From: Marsupella aquatica
Lineage: Eukaryota > Plantae > Marchantiophyta
Direction: 5' to 3'
Assembly (NCBI GenBank): GCA_973895155.1
Contig: OZ316894.1
Location: 15,554,699-15,618,698 of the forward strand
DNA: 64,000 nucleotides
Shown: positions 41,022-50,113 of the stretch, in pieces
How positions within the stretch are numbered: the stretch's first letter is position 1
Layout of the letters: each line of letters starts with the position of its first letter
Notes under the pieces: model-generated
The model's input: the letters and a program-made list of their open reading frames with translations, nothing else
The model's database searches: none
Told to the model about the DNA's origin: nothing
Made by a program: the position numbers and the translations under genes

Positions 41022-41888
41022 TCACTCTCTCCCACCTTTGCTAAGCATACATCTCCGCTGAATCTTGGAGGGCCAGGCCTCAAAAATATCAAAGTCCCAA
41101 GCATTCTGTCGCTTCCCTCTAGCTGCTGATTCCAGAAGCCAATCAGGGGAAAGCACCCAAAGATTGTTGTTCATGACAAAATCACGCACTGTTGTCTTAA
41201 AGAATTTTCTGCATATTTTCATGTATGACAGACCTACAACATGAGTGGAGGTTTCTGTTAGACTCTCCTCCACTGTCCCACCTAGCTCAACAACTATAGA
41301 CTTGTACAGTCTGCACTTAGTCTCCCCAATTCCTTCTTCTGCAAATACCACACTGAACCCCTTCATAATGGTATTTCTCTCCTTGCCATGCTCATTCAAT
41401 ATAGCATCTGCACGCATAGGATGGTGTCCTATGTTGACAACAGGTCCATATTGGACAGAAGCAAAGTTGGGTTTCTCTGCCGCTGCTTCATAGGCTTCCT
41501 TTTCAGCCAAAGCCTCTGCAGTGGCCTCCTTGACACTCTCCCACAACTCATATTGCTCAGTACTCTGTACACACCTATGTTTAACAGAATCGGTCAGCCA
41601 AGAGACTTCAACTACTTTTAGACCTTGGTTGGTAATGGCAGAATCAATGAAGGACCATGACCACTTGTTCATCACATCCAGCCATGTCCCCGCAACAACA
41701 TGTGTAGTCTGTGGAGTGATGTCCTTGACTTCAGTCCCATGAAACTCTGAGAATCGTTTTTGTACGATTGGCCAACTCACTTGGGTGAACCCATAGTGGC
41801 CAGGAATCAAAATGGCTTTGATTCCAGCCAACAGAGGTGGGTGGTCAACCTTTGTACGTTTCCTAGAGGCCATGTACACACGGGCCAC
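41022..41888 (-). CDS. two-BRCT-domain protein (CACTA-C cargo; probable ATG at 41873)
   Basis: HGTEVKDITPQTTHVVA...KVVEVSWLTDSVK and LGGTVEESLTETSTHVV...VLSPDWLLESAA show the G-G..THVV..W..D/ES BRCT signature twice. Confidence 0.8.
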   Translation of the reverse strand: MARVYMASRKRTKVDHPPLLAGIKAILIPGHYGFTQVSWPIVQKRFSEFHGTEVKDITPQTTHVVAGTWLDVMNKWSWSFIDSAITNQGLKVVEVSWLTDSVKHRCVQSTEQYELWESVKEATAEALAEKEAYEAAAEKPNFASVQYGPVVNIGHHPMRADAILNEHGKERNTIMKGFSVVFAEEGIGETKCRLYKSIVVELGGTVEESLTETSTHVVGLSYMKICRKFFKTTVRDFVMNNNLWVLSPDWLLESAARGKRQNAWDFDIFEAWPSKIQRRCMLSKGGRE

Positions 41889-42471
41889 CTAATCACTGCA
41901 GACCGGAAGATAATGCGTTCACCTGATAATCGGAGGGCCCTTAAAATGCTGCGTTTATAACTTGGTCCAGTCCAGTCGTCTGGTGAGTCTCTGCTCCGAT
42001 TCCAAACGGGAGAAATATTGGGACAAACATACTAGACACCTGCAAGCATGCACCTCATAGTTTGAATATGTGCCTTCACAATATTGAAGGTGACAAGTGC
42101 AATTGTTTTGTGATGCCACATACAGATGTTGTAAATGGGCAGACATTCAATGAGAATACAAAATGTTGGTACACTTTAAGGGAATTCTCGCAAATTAAAT
42201 AGCCTTGTAACTTATATGCTCATAATGAGAAGTCCTGATTTAATTTAAGCAGTGTCATGTAAGTCGTGATCAAAATGATTGCAGAGTTAAAAAAGTTCCT
42301 AGAAGGCTTAAGGGGAGTTTTTGAAGGCATGTACCCAGGAACAAGTAATGAACTTAGGGTACTTGTTGCCTAAGCATCCTCTCCTACAGAGGTCCTTCTT
42401 CTCAAAATTGGAATGTGTGCAATCTCCAAGGTATCCACATCAGGTGCACTATGCATGTACATTATTCAGGT

Positions 42472-43152
42472 TCAAAGCCAAGAAATGTGATCTCTCATGG
42501 GAGTGTGCAAAGTAGGATCTATGGCATGGCGATGACAATAGAAGATCCATCGATCAACACCATGTGCAGAGTGATCATAGATGTGTCTGTCACAAGCATA
42601 GCCTTCTGCTTGACGCTCCTTCAAACAATGAAAGTGCCACATGGTGGGACACCTAACACAGTGGACTATGTCCACCCAGAAATCTTCATCGTGCTGACCA
42701 CATGCCTTGCACTTATGAAGTGGGCAAGCTGTGGCAAGATCGGGCAAACATGAAAAACAAAAGAACCTCACACAATATCTGTCAGGGCATTTCCTAACAA
42801 GTGGTGGAGCATCAACAGAGCCCTCATAAGACCCCAACTTCCCACACTGTGCACACTTAGCCTGCTTCTCCAAACAATCAGTGCACATCCAGCCTCCCTG
42901 GTGTGCTGACGGGAGGCCCACCCCTGGACAGTTGTTTTCTGCAGCAAGGTCAGACTCCGGGTTGAGGTGGAAATGCCTCATGCAAGGGCCCTCACATATG
43001 GCTAAGCCACCACCATCGTCACAAATGGCACAACAATGAGCTGCCTTCTGGAAAATCTGACTTGCGGAGAAGTTACTACCATCTGGCCCAACTACACCTG
43101 TGTTGCTCACCTCTGTCCCCCACTTCTTGGCTAGGATTTTAGGGCGTGCCAT
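42472..43152 (-). CDS. EDM2/NSD-type composite PHD-finger protein (CACTA-C cargo)
   Basis: CAICDDGG.LAICEGPCMRHFH...C..C....C..CGKLGS...C...C...CPLHKC..C...C.RCP..WH..CL...IFYC..H.IDP.L.TP.RDHI follows the PHD cluster of plant EDM2. Uninterrupted 226-aa ORF. Confidence 0.82.
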   Translation of the reverse strand: MARPKILAKKWGTEVSNTGVVGPDGSNFSASQIFQKAAHCCAICDDGGGLAICEGPCMRHFHLNPESDLAAENNCPGVGLPSAHQGGWMCTDCLEKQAKCAQCGKLGSYEGSVDAPPLVRKCPDRYCVRFFCFSCLPDLATACPLHKCKACGQHDEDFWVDIVHCVRCPTMWHFHCLKERQAEGYACDRHIYDHSAHGVDRWIFYCHRHAIDPTLHTPMRDHISWL

Positions 43153-43392
43153 GCCTACGCATGAGACAGATAGTACAATTTAGCAGAGTGCACAGACAAT
43201 ACAATTTAGTGCAGTGTACAAAAAGTATAGTGTAGCATATAGACTAGAGTGGCAATTGCTACTGCAATGAAATGTTCACACACATGTGCAGAGTAGACAT
43301 ACTTTTTGGTTTGTTGAGCCCACACTAAAAACTGATCCCCTCGTACAATAGCTCCACCTACACCTCAATTTTGTGGCTATGATTCACCAAAG

Positions 43393-45095
43393 GAGATCTG
43401 CAACAAGATTTAATGCATTTGAATCACATATAACAGTCGTGACATGTAAAACAGGCATTTTTTGAACAGGATTGGTATCAAGCACTGTGATCAGGGTTGT
43501 AATTTATACATCCTAAATAGGCTATGATAGTGAATGAGACAAATAAGTTAGGCAGAAATCACTTTTTCCAGGTTATCACATGGCCCATTAATTCCAGTCT
43601 TTGAAAGGAGACTTTTAAGTGAGCTTGCTAGCCTCTTAAATTAGGATATTGTACTTAGTGCAGCCATAATAGGATAAGTTATGTACTGTTGACCCTAAAC
43701 CTTGGACCCAAAATTGGTCATAATTCAAAATCTTAAGTAAATATCCTCTCTGTTCAAGTCAAAGTGTTAAGTTATAGGTCAATGGTCTCTGGTTTGTGCA
43801 TGCGGTGTGACAAGTGGTCCTCTAGAGCGTGTGATCCAAACATGTGTAGACACCTTGGAGGAGTTTTGTCAAGCAACAGGGATGGTAGTCAACCTCAAGA
43901 AGACCAAGTGTTTGGGCATTGGCACACGACAAAATCCAGAGCTCTACTTCCAAGGGAATCTGGTGGAATTTGTGAGGACCTACAAATACCTTGGGGTGGA
44001 GTTCTCTCAAAACTTGAGTTGGGCCTCATGTGTAAAATCTAGGGCTGCCAATGGGTACAGAGCTTTTTATGCATTCATGAACAAATGCAAAAGAGCTGGT
44101 CTACACACTTGGAGGTTAAGGAAACATCTCTTTGGAGCTTTGGTGAAACCAGTCATTCTTTATGGAGCACCAATTTGGGGAGCAGGTGTGTCTAAATCTG
44201 GGTGGCAACAGATTGAGGGGCTGCAAAAGCTATTTCTTGAGATGGAGCTTGGGATCAAGTCACAAACCCCATATGCACTTACACTTGCAGAGGCAGGCTT
44301 GTTTCCTTTGGAGGTGGAGGCACTCTTCCACACACTCAAATACATCATGCGTGTAAGAGAGTTGGAGGAAAACAGATTTCCTTTTCATGCCTTGCGCTCA
44401 TCTTTAGCTACAGGGTGGTATGCAGATGTGTGCAGGTGGGCCCATGCTTGGGATTTTCCTGAACATGAATGGCCAACACACCCAACCAAGCTAAGAGCAA
44501 AACTTGAGCAAATGGCTTTGCACAAACTTTGGCATGAATCTAGGCCACGGCAGCAATACTACATGAGAGATGTGAACCCCATGAAGAAATATCGAGAACA
44601 AGAATACTTATCTAGCACTATCTCAGTACAACTTAGACAACTTATTGCTCAGTATAGACTAAGCTCACACCACCTTGAAGTAGAACAAGGGAGATGGAAG
44701 GATATTGACAGGAAAAAGAGGGTTTGTCAACTATGTGATAGCTCTAGTATAGAGAATGAATATCATGTATTCATTGCTTGCAAGTTTTATGAGGGGGTTA
44801 GGATGGCATCTCAAATCTTGGTGAAAGATTTGTATGCATTGTTTGGTCTGCCCCCTCAGCAACTTGGAAGATATATCTTTGCGGTGGATAGGGAAAGGAG
44901 AATAGGTTTGGAAAATCTTTCAGGGCTCTCTAGGTCCATAGTTTCTTTGAGGACATAGTTGTCCTCTTCTGAGCAATCTCTTTTGGTTGCTCTTTTCTTT
45001 GATTGCATTGTACTTTACTTTTTGTGGCAGCTCCTTTGACTTTCATGGTCCCGGAGCTTATAATACATTACCATTACCATTACCATTACCATTAC
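43393..45095 (+). mobile_element. 5'-truncated RTE/RTEX-like LINE inserted in CACTA-C, with (CATTAC)5 tail
   Basis: RT C-terminal ORF; tail at 45066-45095. Candidate TSD CACCAAAG (43385-43392 and 45096-45103); the alternative CAAAGTG at 43760 would move the 5' end. Confidence 0.65.
43807..44958 (+). CDS. LINE ORF2 C-terminal fragment (RT thumb region and CCHC finger)
   Basis: LEEFC...GMVVNLKKTK, YKYLGV, LVKPVILYGAPIWG, RLSSHHLEVEQGRW, CQLC....ENEYHVFIAC. Starts downstream of the YADD motif. Confidence 0.85.
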   Translation: MTSGPLERVIQTCVDTLEEFCQATGMVVNLKKTKCLGIGTRQNPELYFQGNLVEFVRTYKYLGVEFSQNLSWASCVKSRAANGYRAFYAFMNKCKRAGLHTWRLRKHLFGALVKPVILYGAPIWGAGVSKSGWQQIEGLQKLFLEMELGIKSQTPYALTLAEAGLFPLEVEALFHTLKYIMRVRELEENRFPFHALRSSLATGWYADVCRWAHAWDFPEHEWPTHPTKLRAKLEQMALHKLWHESRPRQQYYMRDVNPMKKYREQEYLSSTISVQLRQLIAQYRLSSHHLEVEQGRWKDIDRKKRVCQLCDSSSIENEYHVFIACKFYEGVRMASQILVKDLYALFGLPPQQLGRYIFAVDRERRIGLENLSGLSRSIVSLRT

Positions 45096-45516
45096 CACCA
45101 AAGTGACCGGTGGTGGGGTCTAGGAGGGCAGGACAAGTGACATCGCCAGGCACACTGCAGGATGGCGAGTGGTTCCAGATGATACATTGTGCTCTGTGAA
45201 AAAACCGACATCCAAGAGAACGGTCATCCAACTCTAGGCCAGAAGCCCTACAGGCAGGACAGTCATATTGGCAACTGTGCACACACCCTTGGGCCCTAAT
45301 TTGTGGCGGGTCATGTACTAGAGAGAGAAATACCAAGGATGTTGGGAAGGGTGGAGAAGCAGGTACAGGCCGGCTGTAGTTGTTCCTGGCAACAACTGGG
45401 TACTCAAAGTACCATGCAGACTGGGCTGGAAGGATCCCAAGTCTGACATACTCAAGGCGCAACATCTCTGCCTTGCGTGCAAGCCGCACATGTTCAGCGT
45501 TGCGGGTCCTCACCAT
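45058..45516 (-). CDS. small Cys/His-rich hypothetical protein; the GN repeat at its end derives from the LINE tail
   Basis: ATG start MVRTR; C.H.C..DC..C...C...H...C...H...C......C. Same strand as the other CACTA-C cargo. Confidence 0.4.
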   Translation of the reverse strand: MVRTRNAEHVRLARKAEMLRLEYVRLGILPAQSAWYFEYPVVARNNYSRPVPASPPFPTSLVFLSLVHDPPQIRAQGCVHSCQYDCPACRASGLELDDRSLGCRFFHRAQCIIWNHSPSCSVPGDVTCPALLDPTTGHFGGNGNGNGNGNVL

Positions 45517-48500
45517 AAGTGTTGCTTTTGTGGAGATGTCGTGTGTTCACGTCCTCTGATAAGCACCTTCGATCAGCAAGGTGAGCAGGAGCTGTACTTG
45601 CCTCACCAACAGCAACCAACCTTAAATTATCAGTTCCCACTCACTGTGTCATTCCATTGGTTCCAGCTAGGGGTCACAGTGTAAACATAGCATCAAACAC
45701 TCCTAATCAACTTGCTTACAAACTACAATATCCAGAAAGAGTGAAAGTCTCACCCTCCAGTGAGCAGCAGAGAGGTAGTTCACTAGATGTGTTGATGTGC
45801 AGTTAAACCTCCACTATTGCTTACTTCTGGTGTATGCTGCTCAGAAGAAGACATATTAGTAGCAGCAAATTGCAAATAATGGCCATAAGCAAACCGTGAG
45901 AGTTTGCAGAATGCTACGACAAATCCATCACAGCAGTGCTCCACAGGAATGAAACCAAGCAAAATTTGGTGACCTCGGCCAATGACAAGGCCAATGTAGT
46001 GAACAATCCTTGACCGATCAGGATATGGATTGGAATTACAATTAGTCAGCTCTTCTTCTTTGTTTTCTAACTTTGGGGGAAATGAGCATGACCAGGGAAT
46101 TCTCTGAGAAATAGAAGAATCGCTAAGTACAGTATTCTTAAGAGTAGTTTTGTTCTAATTCTGAAATCTACACATAGGACATTTATCATGAAAACTGAAG
46201 ATCCATTTGACAACTCCATGATAGCCTATTCCGCATTGTGTCCGCCCCATGCAAGCAAGGGGTATTCATCCGAGCTTAGTCTAACCATGAATGATTGTTC
46301 TGGAAGTAGTTGCGACAATGTTTTGGTTTTTTTCTCCTATCCAACTCAATAGCTCACAAACATGGCATTGGACCCATTAACAAATTATACTTGCCATCAT
46401 TCTCAACTGTATTACATGGCCCACACTGCTGACATCCCTGACTCTTAAGGGAAACTCATCTCCTGGGCCAACAACATCTCAGATTCTACAAAAATGAGAA
46501 ACTGTGAAAACTTCTTGATCTCCTATCCTGTGATTGTAGCATGTATGATTTGCTGGGACTGCAGGCAGTTCTGGACCTTGCTGCGCTTTATATACAACAA
46601 CAACCTGAGCTCCATGAATTTGTTTTTAATAGACGTGCGTTTGACCACGGCTACAACTCCAAAACAATCACCAAATCAAATCATAACAAAACCCACTCGA
46701 AAGCTGAACACTAGAACACTGGGAACACACTCAAACAGGTTCTGCAAGGATGGCTCTCTGTCGGATCGGCTAGAGAATCAGGCAGGCTTCCTATTATGGT
46801 CTGCTCAGAGCCTTCCACTCTGGATTAGACTCTGAATCCAAATGCGAGTCTACGCTTTCCGTTGCTGGTCACAACGACGGGCAATCAGGATGATGCCATG
46901 CCGAGTAGAAGAACAAGAAAGCATTCCATAAAAGGCACTGAGATGAACCGTATAGTAAAAGTGGTAGTACTTTCGGTAGCACGACCGACTCGCTATGTGA
47001 CAGTCCGAAGAAAAGCTAAAAGGCTGAAAGGCGATAGATTTTGTGCTCAATGTGACAGGTTTTTTGAAATGATCAAGCCAAGGTGCAAAGGAAAACTGAT
47101 TGAAGGTGACATGGGAAAGTTGTCAATGCAGGAGAAACTCTTGCCTTAGAGTAACCGTGTAACCAGGTAACAATGCAGGAGAAACTCTTGCCTTAGAGTG
47201 CTCGACGCTCCTTCAGCTGGATAGGGGCAGCTCCAACTACACGGTCTGGTCCAATCACCGCCTGCTTTGTTACAAGAAGGTGGACTAAGCCACAGCTGAC
47301 GTCAATCACACTGTAAAAAATGGACAGATGAGCCATGTCACGAAAGCATATATAGTCATTCCTCAATATTAAATGAGACTATGAGAGGGCATATATAAGT
47401 TCACGACTAGGAAAGAGTCTCACCTTGTAGCACGGAGATTCTCAAAGCGCACCAAGATGAGTCATTGTAGCAGGTGAATGTTGGGCGGTGTCATGTAAGG
47501 CGCAAATCAATAGCTCGCTGCCTCCTGTCTCCCCGTCTGTCTCCCGTGCACTTCTACCTCCCCGTCTGGCTTCCCGTCTGTCTCCCACGTACTTAAATTG
47601 AAGTTTTAACAAAAATTGTCAACACCAAGTGCATCAAATGCCAACATATTCACACGGCAGAGCATAAAAGTAGTCACAGTTCATGAATCAGTTCCCTATC
47701 GAATCATGGGCACTACGCCGAGCACTGCGCAAGAGACTAGGATAGACACTGCAAACATGGGGACTTTTGTTTGGCAAGAAATCTGGACATCAAACCTTCA
47801 GCAATGGCAACAGGAAGCATTACATCAAACGAGAGGACATCAAATGAGCAGTCCGGTTATAGGCAAACGGCGACTGACATAGCGGAGGGAAAAAATGCGC
47901 ATTGACATAGCGGACATGCGCACATTGACATAGCGGAGGGGAGAAAAACTACAAAGCCAACTAACCTTTTTAAGGCCCACAATTTCAAGGGGAGGGACAA
48001 AGAGAGCAAGCACTCCAATCTCTTCAATCCCTTCTGCAAGTAGCCGCCAAAATCTACTTCTTGGGGTCCAGCCCATGGATGGAGATCATGCAAGGTGGTC
48101 AATCACAGTAAGTGCAATCGTTGCAATCCACAAACAAGCTACAAATGAAGACACGCAGGAGGGAAAGTCCGCAACACCAACAACATTACCCTTTGTAAAA
48201 CCCCGAGCTTATCTTCTAGTTGCCAACGCTCAAACAAAACCTGCTCGGACACTACCAAAACCCTAATTCCATAAGCTCTCACCTTTGCGACACAACTCCT
48301 GCACTATATTCAGCTGGCGTTGGCCCACTCTAAGCTCCCAAGCTTCACTTTAGTCCGCGCCGCGACTAAAGTTTCACTGCCTCTGTGAGCTTCGCAGTCC
48401 ACCTTACAGATCGAACAAAGCAATCACCTCCCTTCACATCCGCACTAATCACCTTTCGCAAAGAGTTGCAATCACCTTCCGCAATACTAGGAAGCTTGCT

Positions 48501-49584
48501 CCCTCTCGTTCAATGCCTTCTACAGCATGAGCGATCACCTCTGCCGAAGCAACTTCAATCGAACACACAGCAACGGGGCGGGCAGCGACAACATTGACAG
48601 TGAACGATGGACTCTACTCAAACAACCTCAAAGCTGTCACAAAAGAACGAGGAAACATTGAGGCAGAAAACAAAGTCCCTAGCGCCAGGCAACCAAAGTA
48701 TCGGGAAACCAAAGGATCGGGACCAAAGGAAGGGACGACATGCCATTCCAACAACGGGAAGGGGGAACGGGATGCGGGAACGGGCAATTTTTTGATGGTG
48801 GGGATGGATGCCAACGATCCAATGGTCCCTAAACCCCCATCCCCTTAACATGCAACCCCCGACCCTTCACATCAAACCCCCCCTTAACCCCCTTTAGTGA
48901 AAACCCAGCCACCCCCTAGCCTTGACATATAAACCCCCTAATGTGCTTAGGACAACTCGACTGTGGCCACACTATGTTTGCAATGCCAGGGTCATCCATT
49001 TAGAGCGCCGCTTGCAAGCTTTGGCTCTCAAGATCCTCCCAAGGCAGCAAACAAGTTAGGGTTCACGGTCCATGTTCCTTTACCCTAAACCGTTGCGTCA
49101 CTATTTCAATCGAGTGTTCTTCGGCTGGACGTGCCCCTTTACTGACCCACACCCCCTTGAGACCGGTACAAATCTACCTTTGTGCATCTCGGCCTTTTAT
49201 AGATGGATTTAGTAATGGCCAAGAATATGTTGACCATCCCTCTGTAGTCCACCCTCCATGAACCTCACTTCATTAAACCCAAAATCTTTTTGGTCACAAA
49301 ATAAGGCCATTTAATGAGTTATGCCCCTTGCTATCACCCTCTTTATAGAATTACCCCTCCTCAGCATAAGTGGTCATTACCCATGATGTGCTAGACTATT
49401 CATCCTTCACAAAGTAGCAAGGTTACTTTTCATAGTCTTTTAGTGAACCATAAAACACTAATAGTCTTTTGTAGTCTTCAACAAAACCGGTGCAATGGGT
49501 ATGAGTTGTTTTAAGTATGGAAAAAGGACTTAGTGGGCTTAGTCCTATAAGGTATGGTCTAAATTGCCCCGGTTTCTACTAGTG

Positions 49585-50113
49585 CACGCTCATCACCAAA
49601 TGGCATGTCAAAGGAGGAGAATAGAAGTGGGTCAAACCTCATCTCATGCCCCATGCATGGAAAGAAACTTTGTATGCCCAATATAAATAATCTTTCTAAT
49701 CCATGAACAATATATGGCCATGTCCTCTAAGCTTGGGCCACAAGTAGAGCAAGCTTTGTACCCCTGAGTTTGCAATCCATAGACAAAACCAAACCCTGCT
49801 TACACAGAAGAAATCAAACCATGCAAACTTTATGTTAGGGTTGTCACATGAGAAACAACAATAGGAACTACACATTATCGAAGGGTTGCAAATGGCATGG
49901 AAGTCATCAAATGGCATAGTCATGCATTGTCCAACAAATGATCCCTCTCAATTGAAAGACACGTGGAAAACCTCCTGTAATTTTCCTGCCATCATATGCC
50001 CACACTCCATCCCATAATTTTTGAAGTTCTCCAACCAATAGTGCCAAGTAAGTGTCAAAGTTCTTCACCTTTTTTGGACCTGGGATAATCAAAGACAATA
50101 AAAGGAACCCTTT
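49585..50113 (-). pseudogene. tnpD: CACTA-B TnpD, middle fragment (Transposase_21)
   Basis: KGFLLLSLIIPGPKKVKNFDTYLALLVGELQKLWDGV...FQLRGIICWTMHD. Cut at 50114 by the LTR. Confidence 0.88.

Larger units (their letters stand above)
32108..49584 (-). mobile_element. CACTA-C: complete 17.5-kb CACTA element with TnpD, TnpA and cargo ORFs
   Basis: TIR CACTAGTAGAAACCGGGG (18 bp perfect, then ATTTAGACC) at both ends. 3-bp TSD CAC (32105-32107 and 49585-49587). AGTC/GACT subterminal repeats. Confidence 0.96.
29155..50113 (-). mobile_element. CACTA-B, 3' portion; TnpD split by CACTA-C and by giant LTR copy 2
   Basis: Terminus CACTACAACATATTTG at 29155, followed by TTTGCGAA/TTCGCAAA subterminal repeats (to ~29650). 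The TnpD frame is rejoined across CACTA-C (FGDER|EILDA). The other end is not in the window. Confidence 0.8.

Noticed and set aside
42472-43152. Host EDM2 gene
   Set aside because: Only the PHD cluster is present, with no other EDM2 exons, and it lies inside CACTA TIRs and TSD.
46494-48851. Short ORFs and small direct repeats in the CACTA-C 5' region (e.g. a ~29-bp duplication at 47124/47170, GACATAGCGGA x3)
   Set aside because: No recognisable domains; these look like ordinary leader or intron sequence with local duplications.
48820-49095. CCCTAAA telomere-like motifs
   Set aside because: They are isolated single copies, not an array; at most telo-box-like promoter elements.
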